From Camelus dromedarius (taxonomy: Eukaryota): a stretch of DNA of 64,000 nt. The notes beneath the pieces are model-generated. The model saw only the letters and a list, made by a program, of their open reading frames with translations, had not been told where the DNA came from and ran no database searches. The translations under genes were made by a program, and so were the position numbers. The DNA is taken from assembly GCF_036321535.1 (NCBI RefSeq), contig NC_087445.1, positions 46,748,001-46,812,000 on the forward strand, in the 5' to 3' direction. This document shows, one piece after another, positions 35,797 through 48,060 of the stretch; the stretch's first letter is position 1, and every line of letters starts with the position of its first letter.

Positions 35797-38700
35797 ATGA
35801 TTGAAGTGGTAGCGGAGCTGAGCAGAGGTCCTGTGTTTCTGGCGGGGGAGGCGCTGGAGTGTGTGGTGACTGTCACCAACCCCCTGCCTCCCACTGCCAC
35901 TTCTGCATCAAGGTGGGAATGCTGGTACTGAAAAAGGTGGTCCTTCTGGGAGGAAGCCTGGTGTCTATAGTGCTGAGCCAGAGCTCAGATTGTCCTGTGG
36001 CTACATCACCACTTTCTTGCTCATTGTGCTCTCATTGTAGGAAAGGGCTATTTAACAGATGTGGGTGACATAGCCCCCCACTCTCCTTTCCTCTCTCCTC
36101 CCCCATTCTGCCTTTTACCCTCAAGGTACGTATCTTTGTTTAATGGTTTGTCTTTGGGGTTCTGGATTCTCTGATCCCGAAGACCGCCACCTCACTGTGT
36201 TGGTCTTCTCAGACAGTGTGGTAGAGTGTGTGGGAGAGCATTTGTGAAGTCAGGAACTCTCTTCTGATGTCCGCTTTTCCTCCTCTCATAGCGAGGCTCT
36301 GGCCTGGGCCAGTGCCCAAATCCACTGCCAGTTCCATGCCAGTGAGAGTCGAGTAGCACTGCCTCCCCCAGACTCCAGTCAGCCAGATGTCCAGCCTGAG
36401 AGCCAGACTGTCTTCCTACCACACCGAGGTTAGAAATGGGACATTTGGAGGGGTTTGGAATCATTGCTAGCCAAGGGTGAAGTTGTCAAATTGTTCTGGA
36501 GGGTCGTTATGGTCTCTGTCCCATTGGGGATGTGGGGGAGTGTAATTGTTGCTTTAGGGGCATAAAACTGTTCCTATCTCACAATAAAAAAAGATGAGTA
36601 GCTTAGTTTGGGTTGCCCTTTGTTGGCAGTGCTTACTGCCCCCACTAGCTGTGCCAGCCTACTCCAGTACTAGACAATGGGATCATTAAATTGCAGTCTT
36701 TCTTATCTTTTTTAGGTGAGAGGGGTCAGTGTATCCTTTCCACTCCACCAAAAATCCTGTTCTGTGACCTGAGGCTAGACCCTGGAGAGTCCAAATCATG
36801 TGAGTGACTGCTCCTGACCCCTGGATTGCCTTCTAAGGCTCCTGGAGGGAGGACTTCTCTGGCTGCTTCTNNNNNNNNNNNNNNNNNNNNNNNNNNNNNN
36901 NNNNNNNNNNNNNNNNNNNNNNNNNNNNNNNNNNNNNNNNNNNNNNNNNNNNNNNNNNNNNNNNNNNNNNNNNNNNNNNNNNNNNNNNNNNNNNNNNNNN
37001 NNNNNNNNNNCTTTACTCAGGGTCCCTCTGAGGGTTCTTGTGCTGACTGGTAAGTAAGGGTTCTGGGAACGAAGTGCAGGGGAAGAGCCTCCCCCAAGCA
37101 GAAATGACCTTTAGAGGGCTAGTGAAGGGCTGGAGGGAAGCTTCCTGGTCTTAGTGAAGGTGTGAGGGAGTTGGGGAGAGAGGGTTCTGGAGAATAGATG
37201 AGATGTGTACCTCGGCCATGGCTTCCCTTACCATTTCAGCCCTCTTAGGAGGGAGTCTAAAACCCTAATCTCTACTCTTTTTGCTGTTCCCTCTCACTAC
37301 CTCTCCACTCATTCTCTTTCTAGGCCTTCAAGATGTCCGGTTTCCCCAGGATGAGGCTGTAGCCCCATCCAGTCCATTCTTGGAGGAGGATGAAGGTGGG
37401 AAGAAGGATTCATGGCTTGCTGAGCTCGCTGGGGAGCGCCTCATGGCTGCCACATCGTGTCGCAGCCTCCGTGAGAATCTTTTCAGAATTGCCCCTCCCC
37501 ATCCTTCCCTCACAGTATTCCTGTCTTGGAGACAGATTCTCCTAACTGATACGTATTTCTGAGGATCTACCGATATCTCACCCCAGATTGAAAAGAAAAG
37601 CCCCACCTTTTGGCCTATGGCTTCTAGCCTAAGACATTCCCCAGCGTGGACTCCAGGCTAACAGTGTCCCATTCTCCCCAGATCTGTATAATATCAGTGA
37701 TGGCCGAGGAAAAGTTGGGACATTTGGCATCTTCAAATCTGTATACAGACTCGGCGAGGACGTGGTGGGGACCTTAAACTTAGGGGAAGGAACTGTAGCT
37801 TGTTTGCAGGTAAGAAGGGAGAGTGGCTTTTGAGGAATGAGGCCTGGAAGGAGAGGGCCTGCATAAAGAGGGCTGGGATGTAGAAGTGGGTAGTGGGGTC
37901 CCTTGGAGTCCCTCTGGTAAGCCAGCTTTGATGTTGGGGTGCCCTCTCACCTGGAGTCAGCACTTCCCAGTGCCTGCTAACACATATTTCTCTCCCAGTT
38001 TTCAGTAAGCTTACAGACCGAGGAGCAGGTACAGCCTGAGTACCAGCGGCGCCGCGGGGCAGGGGGTGCCCCCTCTGTGTCTCATGTCACTCATGCCCGG
38101 CACCAGGAGTCCTGCCTCCATACAACCAGAACCAGCTTCTCCCTCCCCATCCCTCTCAGCTCCACCCCAGGCTTCTGCACAGCCGTTGGTGAGCCCCTGA
38201 CCATTACTTGGGGTGGGGTTGAGGGGAGTGAAATGCTGTGTTTACATAGAGTATAATAATGGACTGATTCCTAACACACTCTAGACATACCCACACTAGG
38301 CCCACGACCCTTAACATTCTCTCAGACCTTCAGCCTGTTTCCTAGGTGCGCTGACACCCACACTCTTTAACAGCTTTGCAGATCTTCCCTACCCCCTCCA
38401 CTGGGACACTGTGATGCACTGATCTCTGATTCCCGAGCTTGTTTACTTCAAGCTACCAAGTACTGACTGTCCCACACTTGGGTTATTAGGCGTTTGCTGC
38501 TGCTATCTTATCGTCACATTTCCCATTAGCACACTAAATTTCTTCAGAGAAACCGTTGTTCCTAGCTCCGCCCCATGACCTCTCCCCCTCTTTCTGAATA
38601 CAAGTTTTTGTTTGTTTGTTTGTTTTTTCATTTACTAACCACATTAGCTTTTACTCCTGGATTCTAATGCTTCTAACTCTGCCTTTATCCTTTTTTCCAC

Positions 38701-38926
38701 AGTATCCCTGAAGTGGCGTTTGCATTTTGAATTTGTAACATCCCGAGAACCAGGTTTGGTGCTCCTACCTCCCATGGAACAGCCTGAGCCTGTCACTTGG
38801 ACAGGGCCTGAGCAAGTGCCTGTAGACACCTTCAGCTGGGACCTCCCCATCAAGGTGCTGCCTACAAGCCCTACCCTGGCCTCATATGCAGCCCCAGGGC
38901 CCAGCACCAGCACCATAACCATCTGA
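35797..38926 (+). CDS. RGP1: RGP1, RAB6A GEF complex partner (RIC1-RGP1), 391 aa
   Basis: [22 protein letters not shown]...PSTSTITI. Exons 35797-35912, 36292-36428, 36716-36799, ~36900-37049 (acceptor in N run, inferred), 37324-37470, 37682-37809, 37999-38188, 38703-38926; total 1176 nt. Confidence 0.97.
36871..37010. other. N run (140 nt) covering the acceptor and most of RGP1 exon 5
   Basis: Coding frame emerges as ...[12 protein letters not shown]|GTAAGT. Confidence 0.9.
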
Positions 38927-39066
38927 AACTGGCCCACCGTGGCACTGCTTTCTTCAGGATACTGAGAACTCAGCACCTGGACTCCAGTAGGGCCCATTTT
39001 TTTTTCCACCTGGGGTTCAATGTCATAGACAATGAGAGGCAGGCTTTCAGCTGTAGCATTAACTTA

Positions 39067-39081
39067 TTTATTCAGAATAAA
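39067..39081. terminator. Back-to-back poly(A) signals of MSMP (-, 39067-39072) and RGP1 (+, 39076-39081)
   Basis: TTTATTC-A-GAATAAA, a perfect 7-bp inverted repeat with AATAAA on each strand, just past both stop codons. Confidence 0.8.
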
Positions 39082-39154
39082 TTGGCAGCTGCTAGTGGTT
39101 TCCCTGGAAGTGGCAGCAGTAGTGGGCAGTCAGCAGAAGGGGGATCAGTTGAGT

Positions 39155-40125
39155 TTAGCTGGAGTGGGGAGCAGGAGCCGCAGGAACAGGGGTGTTAGCT
39201 GAGCCCCACTCTGGGTCGGGCCCTCCCCCTTTGCAGGGCAGCCGGGGGTCAGATTTCTGTACCAGGGAGAACTGGCAGGTTCCTGCCTCCTGACGTACCT
39301 CACACCCAGCCGGGAAATCGATAGGATGCTGGGACCTGGGGAACCAAAGGATGAGGAAGAAGTCAGAACAGTGAAGGTCCACCTTTATCCCTGCGCCACA
39401 TCCCCCCTCTACTGGCATTCCTCCCACATCTTCCCCTAGTGCCCCCTTTTCCCCCTAGCTGAGCACTTGCCTACCATAGATGGATTTTTTTCATTTCATA
39501 GCAGGAATATTTTCCCTCTAGATCCACCCCTTCTTCCTTCACTTTGTAGCCTGAAGCCTTCTCTCTCACATTCTTATTGGTACCTTCTGGTTCGGCCAGC
39601 CTCATACTGCTATTCTGTTCACTCTCACATCACAGCAATCTAGTTACTTGCTGGCCAGCTCTCAGCTACTCTGTCAGAGCCATCCTCTCTGGCCATCTTT
39701 GGTCACTCACGTGTCACAGCAGCCCACACCGACGGGATGCAGACAGGTGCAATGGAAACAGTCCTTGCGGAGCCAAGATTCACCCAGGGTGAAATATTTA
39801 CCTTCATAGTGGCAGGGGGCTAGGGAAGAAGAGAAAATGTTAGTGTGTTGGAGTAGGAGGGAATAAGTGCACACTGCTCCCACATTTAGTCTCTCCTGCT
39901 TCCCAGCTGGAGGGGGCTGGGTTTTCTGACATAGGATTGTCTTTGAGCCTCCCTCCTCCCAGTGCCCTCTGCTCCTTGTCCTTCCCTAATGCCTCACCCA
40001 GCTTTACCTTGAGCTTGGAAGTAGCACTTGCTGTGGACTCCTGGGTGCTGGAGGAGCAGAGACATCACCAAGCAGATGATCCCCCAGCCGCCCAGTATCC
40101 CCTTAGTCTGTCCAGCCCAGAGCAT
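39155..40125 (-). CDS. MSMP: Prostate-associated microseminoprotein (PSMP), secreted, 135 aa from first in-frame ATG
   Basis: Exons 40008-40125, 39711-39819, 39155-39335. Signal peptide [32 protein letters not shown], then Cys-rich [43 protein letters not shown]...[27 protein letters not shown]. Confidence 0.96.
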
Positions 40126-40294
40126 CCTTAGGGTGCAGCCTTTCAGACCCTTCTTGGCTTCTTTTCAGGCTCCTCTGGTCTTGTCTCCTTGGCTTTTCTT
40201 TGTTTCTCACCTTGAATCTTAGCTTCTGTCTTTCTCTACTGGGCTCCTGTCTCACACCATCTCCGTGCCCTCTGCTCTTGCAGTCTTGGGGATG

Positions 40295-40300
40295 TTTATA
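40295..40300 (-). promoter_or_regulatory. TATA box of MSMP
   Basis: TATAAA on - strand ~170 nt upstream of the ATG. Confidence 0.6.
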
Positions 40301-40563
40301 AAGTGAGGACCCTGGCCCCCTGCTGAGTGGAGCTGGAAAAGCTGTAACTCTGTTTCCTGAGGTGAGGGCATGAAAACAAGAGGTCTAGCTTTAACAAGCT
40401 GTGAGAGCTGATTCATGCCCCCACACAGCTAGGGAGGGGGGGTGGTCATGGAAGGGGCACTGGACTGGGCACTTCCCCAGCAAGGAGGTAGGAGGGGTGA
40501 GGGCCCCCAGGTGGTCCCCAGAGCTCTTCCCTGACCTGGAGAGAAGGAAGCATTCCACCATCT

Positions 40564-40750
40564 NNNNNNNNNNNNNNNNNNNNNNNNNNNNNNNNNNNNN
40601 NNNNNNNNNNNNNNNNNNNNNNNNNNNNNNNNNNNNNNNNNNNNNNNNNNNNNNNNNNNNNNNNNNNNNNNNNNNNNNNNNNNNNNNNNNNNNNNNNNNN
40701 NNNNNNNNNNNNNNNNNNNNNNNNNNNNNNNNNNNNNNNNNNNNNNNNNN
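40564..40750. other. N run (187 nt) upstream of MSMP
   Basis: Not within any exon of the five recognised genes. Confidence 0.95.
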
Positions 40751-41119
40751 CCCAGCCAAACCAAGGAGATGCAGTAGGGTGCGACAGCCAGAGGCTCCAG
40801 GAGAGCGAACAGGCACCTGGAGTGGAGAATGTTTCTCTTAGACCCTAGCACAGGGTCTGCTTGAAGTATCCTAGAGACATGACTGCCCCTCAGAGATTGG
40901 AGGGAGTGGGGCAGGGGTCTCTTTTTTACAGACATCTTAGAAATAGATTATCCATTGTTCATCACCACAAACATACAGCAGATATAAGATCGCCCCATAT
41001 CTGGGGATGATTCTTTCAAAGAAGAACATCTCTAAATGCCCTAGAGAATGAGAATTTAGGAACATATCCTTTGAGATCCTCTTTGGGGCTTCCTACAGGT
41101 TCTGGAGAAACCCCAGATG

Positions 41120-41335
41120 GGTGATTAAGAGTATAGGTTGTAGAGTCAAGATTACTTGGATTCAGATCCTGACTCCACTTAAAAGCTGTGTGACCTTGGG
41201 CAAGTTAGCTTACCTCTGAACCTGTTTCCTTATCTATAAATTGGAATAGTAACACTAACTCATATGGTTGTCAAGAGGATTAAATGAGATAATGAATGTG
41301 ATGTTCCTAGCACAGTCCCTGGCACACAGCCCTCA
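41120..41335 (+). mobile_element. MIR SINE
   Basis: TGGATTCAGATCCTGACTCCACTT..AGCTGTGTGACCTTGGGCAAGTTA...GTTTCCTTATCTATAAA...GAGGATTAAATGAGATAATG. Confidence 0.9.
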
Positions 41336-42779
41336 GAAAAGAATGACTAGTGTGGTTGGTGCTGAAGCTCAGAGACAAAATGAGTAGATGTTCCTTTCTT
41401 TGAATGATGCTGAGCAGCTCTGTGTGCACAGCTGAGGGCTTCTGTTGGGGCTGCTATCTCCTGGCACAGACTTCTGCCCCCTTCATACTTATGCTCCATG
41501 TCATCCCTACCACCTCCGTCAAAAACTACCTCCAGGAACATTTTGGTTTTGGTCCTTGTATCCTTGAAATTCTATATGTCTGCTTTGAGAATTGTTGCTG
41601 ACTTTCCCTAGGTCAGCACCCTCACTTCTACCCTGGGAAGAGGTATCATTTTATCATCCTCCAGCTAACCTTAGGACTTCTGCTTTTTCTCATTAGGATT
41701 CTGATCCATTTCTTCCCATCTCCACTCGTGAACTCTCAAGGTCTCCTGACCAGTCTGATGCTGGCCATCTCTTTGGTACTAATTGCCCTTGGCAAACTGG
41801 ATTTCTCCCACTTTTCCACATTCTAAAGACCCCTGTTGCAGCTGTTCTGCTCCTACTCACAGGGCCACTTTCGCATTTATTCTATTTTTACTTCTAAGTC
41901 TCCAGTTCCATTTACTCCAAGATTACCACTCCTGGTCACCCCGTGGATCAGCTACAACTACTTCTGGCTGACTTTTTTAGAGGGCTACTCTTTCTCTCAT
42001 TTCCTCACCATTCCTAAAGAGCTTCATCAGTCCACCTCAAACTCTCCATCTGTCCTCTTCCAAGAAGACAGTTCAAGTGGCTGGAGATGCAAACTCTATT
42101 GCACCTCCAATCTAGTCAGGTCTGATACCCTTTCCATTTCAGAGGAGCACCAAGAGGAAAAAGAAAACTCATGGAGGGAGCAGGGTGCCCTGATGTAGGT
42201 TGGTGTGGGCGGGGGCATGGCCTTGGACTGCTTTCTTGGCTGGAGCAGGTGAATTAGAACATCTGACCAGCATACGGACCCAAAAGTCTTGTCAGTGGTC
42301 ACTAGCTCTGCTGCTGCTTTTATGGAAGCACCAGCTGACACCCTGATGTCTGGACCATAGACTACTTTCTACTCCTGCAACCTGGAGTAGGGAGTAGGGA
42401 GACACGAGTAGGGAGCTAGAGAGCTTGAAGGTGGTGGTGGTGATGCTGTAGGCAGAGGGGCCCGGTGGGGATTGGTGTGCGTAAGGTCACAGGACCAGAG
42501 AGGTGAGAGCCGCCTGTAATGAAGATGAGGTGGGCACACAGGGGTAGGAGTAGGGGGCTTCTGGAAAGGAAGGATAGGGTGGACCCTGGAGCCCTCTCCC
42601 AGAAGTTGGTGGGGGTGGGCGGCAGGGAGCTGTTGGTTGTGCTCGCTTCTTGCAAGCCTGCCGGCGTACACACTCCTGTGTGCATCTGTGTAACTTACTG
42701 GGCCCGGAGGCCACTGTTGTGGTTGCTGTGTGTGTACGTGTGTGCATGGGGTGGTTGAGGGTGTCAATGGTCAGGGTCC

Positions 42780-43450
42780 TACTCCGTGATGCCTAGGGCA
42801 CCGCCGTTGGGGATGCCAGTTGTGGGGGGCGCGGCGGTTGGCGCGCGGGGTGGGAGGGGGCGGCTGGCACGCGCTGCCCCCGCGGGGACAGAAAAACATC
42901 CGCCGGAGGCCCAGCTGGGCGGCGCTCCAAGCGCGCCAGGCAGGTGCGCACAGTGAGGACGGGGAGGAAGTGAGAGCATTCCGACCCCCCAGCCGCCGGC
43001 CCTCCGGTGAGTCACCGCCTACCCCCGCCCGCCGCCGGGGCCGGATAGGCGGGACCGGCGGCAGCGGCGGGGAGATTTGGGGGCCAGAGCCCCGAGGGGC
43101 AGCCAGGCGCGGGTAGCCCGGGAAGGGTCGTGGAAACGCCCGAGAGAGTTGAGAGAAGGGGCCCCTGAGGGGTCGGGTCCAGGTTTCGCCCCGGGGGAAA
43201 CTCCTTATAGACGCGGACCGCAGAGCTTGTGACTGCACCCGGGCGAGCCGCGGGGCAACGCGGGTCGAAGGGAGAGGGGTGGGGCAAAGCCGAGAGTCGA
43301 GAGTCGGGTTGAGAGGCCCAGAAACGGGAGGAAGGAGTGCAGGGCTACGGAGCGAGAGCGCGGTTGGCTGGAGTGCCGGCCCGTGGCCCCGCGCCAGGGT
43401 AGGCCTGGGCGAGCCAGAGCCTTGGGTGGAAGGAGGCTCACACCGAGGTA
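42780..43450. promoter_or_regulatory. Orphan CpG island, probable promoter
   Basis: Dense CpG/GC block with no intact coding gene attached; splice donors facing away on both sides. Confidence 0.75.
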
Positions 43451-43999
43451 GGAAGGGGAAAATGGCCAGTCCCCAGAGATAAGGTCTGTCCAGAGTCCAG
43501 TGCGCTGTCAGAGTGAGGGGTAGGTTAGAAAGCAGCGGGGCCTTAGGGCTCCTTGGGTACAGTTGTGGCTAGGTCACTAAAGGCTTTGAATGCCGAGCGA
43601 TAAATTCGGATTTGGCCTCGCAGGTGTGGTTTCTAAGCGGGAAGAGTAGTGAGGAGCTTAAAGGCAAGGATACCTGGGTCTCGCAATGCTGCCTGCCATT
43701 CGGTCTTTGCCAAAGGATTAGGCTTTGATCTGGTTTTTATAGTCACTTAAAATTGTATGACTACATTTATCAAACAACTTGAGTAATTTTGTTGAATTTT
43801 AAAAAATAGAAAAGTTGAAAAGTCTGATTCAATATTTGATTTAAAACCCAAAGTGAGGCTATCAAGACCCGTTACATATGAATTGAGTGTTTTCCTTTGT
43901 CTTCCTTTTGCGCTGTTTTCCCCTCGCTGATATAGGGAAATTCTGTGTTGTTAATGCCTTGGTTCTACAGTTCTACTTTTCCTCATCATCACCTTGTGG

Positions 44000-44001
<2 letters not shown>

Positions 44002-44028
<27 letters not shown>
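44002..44028. repeat. Poly-T tract (27 nt)
   Basis: Read directly. Confidence 0.9.
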
Positions 44029-44035
<7 letters not shown>

Positions 44036-46287
44036 CTTCTTTTCTTTGCTGCCCTTTAACTTGCCCTATGTATCCTAAATCAAGTAAAACATTTTTGGGG
44101 ATGCGGGTATTGGGCTATAATATACAAAGACAAGTAAGTAACTTAAACTTTACCACTATGTTAGGTTACTTATTATCTTCTGTGGACATGTATGTAACTA
44201 TAAAGTTTCTATATTTACTCTGTGGCTGATAGAGACAGCTAAAGCTGTTTTTCACGACAGTATTTCTATAAACATAGCAATTTATTAGTCTGATTTCTCT
44301 TCTAAAATTAATTCTACAGTGGTATTTGGTACTTGTCTCAGAAACTGACACTAATTCTGTCATCTTTTAAATTTATTATTTTGGGCCAAAGGCAATTGCA
44401 AGGATGAGGATTGTTACAACTCATTTTAAAGATCCTTAAACTTTGCATTTACCTTTGCCCCAAACAAGAAAATCTGGGTCAGTTAATTTTTTAAAAAGAA
44501 AATAATTTCCTACTTTGGGCCCTTGTGCTTTCTCATATGCTGTTTCAGCCCCAGCCCTATCTTACTCCCAGTGGCCTTTGCCTTCATTCCTTCTTTGCTC
44601 AGCTGGGCATCTTTAGAGGAAAACTTCACACCAACTTCCTCTACTATAAATTCTCTCCCTCCCCTCAACTCTACACTTCACTTTGCCAACATATACCACT
44701 ACTTCTTCACTGATTTAAAAAAAAAAACAAAACAAAACCCTTCAGCCCTTTCTGGCTCTTTTCCTTCTTTAACAGTCTCTCGTTTAAATCTTCTCTTTTT
44801 CTTCCTTTCTGTTTGGTAAGACCTCATATTTTTTAAAGGTTAGGCTTTATTTATTCTGCACAACCCACTTCTATCTTCCTTCTTCTTCTATTACCTTTTT
44901 CTTATTCTGGACTGTTTGTAAACTCTGTTATGCTTGCTGTCACCAAGCTGCAGCTTTCACCTTGTGATTAAACATTTTTCCTCTAGATAGAGCAAAACAT
45001 GCTTATGTTTCCATTATTTTTCCTGCAATAAAAAAAGTTTTCAAAGTTTTCACATCTACTTCAGTCTCTTCTTCCAACATTTTGCATCCAGAAGCATGAT
45101 ATAGCCATTATTGTCAAGTCCATTGAGTGACCACTTAAGCTTGGTGTTGTGCTAGGCACTCTGTAGTGCATTTCATAATCCCGGTGCCAGATTCCTAAAT
45201 GCTTACCAACAATAGATGTCTCACGTGTGTATGTATGAATGTTCTCATGTACACCTACACACGAAAGTGCACAGATAATCGAACCATAAGTCAATATATG
45301 AATATATATTCAATATATTATAATCAAGCCAGGTACATTTTGAGGTGGAAGGTGAAGATGGTTAAATTCATAGCTAGGATGGAAGGTTAAGAGACAATAT
45401 CCTCTGGCTTTCTGTATCCAGACGAGAAGGATGAGAGGACAGAGTCATTCCCGCCGAGTTAAAGAAACCTCATGAAGAAGGCTGAGTTTCAGGAGTTGAG
45501 AGAGATGACTTGTAAGACTGGTGAATGGCAGGAGGATGGGTTGGAGGGGCCAGAGTCCCAAGAACATACAGTTACTATACCCAGACAGTATTTTCTCTGG
45601 CAAAGAATATGAAAGATTTTATGGTTATAGTGCTGATTTCAACTATAGTGAAGTTTCCATTGATAGCCCATATTGAAGTTTTCCTACCTTGTCTCTGCAC
45701 CATTGGAATCATTCTTACCCAATTTTTCTTAAAAAATTTTTTTTCTGCTTACAAATTGCTGCACTCACAGTTGCCCCCACCACTAATAATTAACCCTCAA
45801 CTAACCACCATTAATTTTTACTGAATTCCGTATCTACTTACACACTTTAATTTTTCCTGCCTGCTCTACAGTCTCTTTGTGGTGGTAGACTTTTAAAATT
45901 CTATTTATGATTCACTTTTAGCTCATTTATAAATTGCTCTTTTTTTTTTTTAATTGTAGACTCAGAACTAGATATTGAAAAGACATCTAGTTCTTCATGA
46001 TCTCTGAAAGATGGTCAAGTGGGTCTTTGCTTGACTGTCTCTCCTGGATGGAAGGGATTTCTGCCACATGCAGTGGAGGCTGCCCATTCTACTGTTATCT
46101 GGCTTTAGGTACTAGAGGGTTGTTCAGCTGAAATCTGCGTAGCTATAGCATCTCATTTTTCCCCTTAGTTCTGCTCTTTGAAACAATATGGGAGAAATCT
46201 ACTTGTTTTTCAATGTGGCAGCTCTTTAAAGATTTGGAAAAGCGTTTGTTTTTTGTTAGCTATTTACCTAAGTTTTTTTTTTTACTC

Positions 46288-46480
46288 CAGCACTGTCCAA
46301 AACAACTTCCTGTGATGATAGAAATGCTCCCTGCCTGTCCCGTTTAATCAGTAGCCACTAGACACATGTGGCTATTGAGCACTTGAAATGTGGCTCGTGT
46401 GACTGAGGAATGGAATTTTAAATTTTAGTTAACTTAAGTTAATTTAAATGTAAATAACCAGATGAGGTAAGTGGCTCTTG
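46288..46480 (+). mobile_element. MER3-like hAT-Charlie DNA transposon relic
   Basis: CAGCACTGTCCAA...GTAGCCACTAGACACATGTGGCTATTGAGCACTTGAAATGTGGCT.GTGTGACTGAGGAA. Confidence 0.85.
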
Positions 46481-47589
46481 TGTTGGTGCAGCTCTAAACT
46501 CTGGGAGTCAGTACATTGTCCCCTGGCTGTCTTTTGTCTGCTCCAGCAATCTTATGGTCACTTTAACCATGGTAAAAACATGTGTAACTGGGCTCTTGAT
46601 CTGTCTGGAGTCCAGTCTTACATGTTGTCACAATTAGGGAAAAAAAAAAATCCCACAAACCCAGCCCCTAAAGCCCTTATGAGTAATGCCAGTCTTTGTT
46701 GGAAGTTTCTTAGAAGGGGTAGAAGATGAAGGTTATATCTCATCTCCATATCTAAGCAAAACTTATAAAAAATCCCTCATTTAATCTCTTTCCCTAAGAG
46801 TCTCTAACGTTCCCCCTCCCTTCTCTTTTCCCTTCCTCCTCAGAAGCATCTTTCCCCCTCCTCTCTGAGCCTTACTCCTCCATGCTCTTTGACCACCGCC
46901 TCTGAGCATCCTTCTCCTTGGAGGATTCTTGGGTAGCTCCTCTTCCCCCAATTCCCCTACCCTTTCGTTATCTCTGCTCAGTAAAACCAAGGAACTTTTT
47001 CTGGACCCATCTTTCTTAGGGGGTGATTAGGGCTAGAATTTCATAAATGATTATTTTTTTCCTTTCTCACGTAATTCCTGACCTCCTCTGAGTCCTCTCA
47101 ATTTCTTATCATTGCCAGAGTCTCTGTTTAGCACTCTTGCAGAAGCAGCTCTAATGTATTCTTTTCATTCCAGATCTATTCTTGGCAAATCCTAAAGATA
47201 CTTCTTCACAGTTCCCTTATCCATTTTCTTTCATTATTGTTTTTCTTATTTGGGCGTATATGTTATTTTAATAGGTTTATCTTCTCTTCACTAGTCCTCT
47301 GCATGTGGGTGGGCTGCATCCACCAAGGAAGCAGCATTCATTTCCCACGATTTTACCCAGTGCTTCATCCTTCTTTGAGTCCTCTCTTGGCTCACCATTG
47401 TTGTCCATACCTACCTCCCTTTGTTGTTTGTTGTTCTCATCTCCTTTTATTCATATATTTAATAACATTCACTATTAAAAAATCATTTTGAGGGTCTCAA
47501 ATTATTTCCAGGGGACCTCATCTAAGACTCTGTACTGTGACCCAAGAGTGTGTGGATCTCTGTGGATTGAGGGTGATGGGGTTGAGGGG

Positions 47590-47811
47590 CAGAATATCCT
47601 CTCAACCATGGCACCAACGTTCTGGTCTGGATAATCCTTTGTTGCAGGGGGCAGTCCTTTGCAATGTAGGATGTTTAGCAGCATCCCTGGCCTCTACCTA
47701 CTAGATGTCAGAGGTACCCTCTCAGTTGTGACAACCCAGAATGTCTCTAGACATTGCCACATGTCCTCTGGAGGGGAAATCTCACCCCAACCCCTGCATT
47801 CAGAACTACTG
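47590..47811 (-). mobile_element. MER20 hAT-Charlie DNA transposon relic
   Basis: GTAGGATGTTTAGCAGCATCCCTGGCCTCTACC.ACTAGATG...GTTGTGACAACC..AATGTCTC.AGACATTGCC. Confidence 0.9.
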
Positions 47812-47909
47812 TGCTATAATATCAGCTTTCTGAAATTGACAGGTAGTTACACTTTTTCTCCCCAACTGCTGATTTGTTTTCAAAAGTGTGATCTTTGTCT
47901 TACTTCGTA

Positions 47910-48060
47910 GGAGGTAGCTTCTTAAAATTGCAGGTTTCTGAGCCCATCCTACACCTACTGAATCAGAAATGCTAGAAGCAGTATCTGGAAACTGATTTTT
48001 ATAAGATAGCAGCCCCCCTCCCCAACCTGGTAATTCTTATGCCCTAGGGTTGACCCTCCT
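47910..48060. mobile_element. MER5-like DNA transposon relic
   Basis: GCCCATCCTACACCTACTGAATCAGAAA...GGTAATTCTTATGC. Confidence 0.7.

Noticed and set aside
40205-40211. AAG|GTGAGA donor in the MSMP 5' UTR
   Set aside because: Splicing to exon 2 would remove the start codon and signal peptide with no in-frame ATG left; no support beyond the motif.
42369-43238. 132-aa and 155-aa minus-strand ORFs at the orphan island
   Set aside because: Low-complexity, GC-driven, no recognisable domain; start codons non-ATG.
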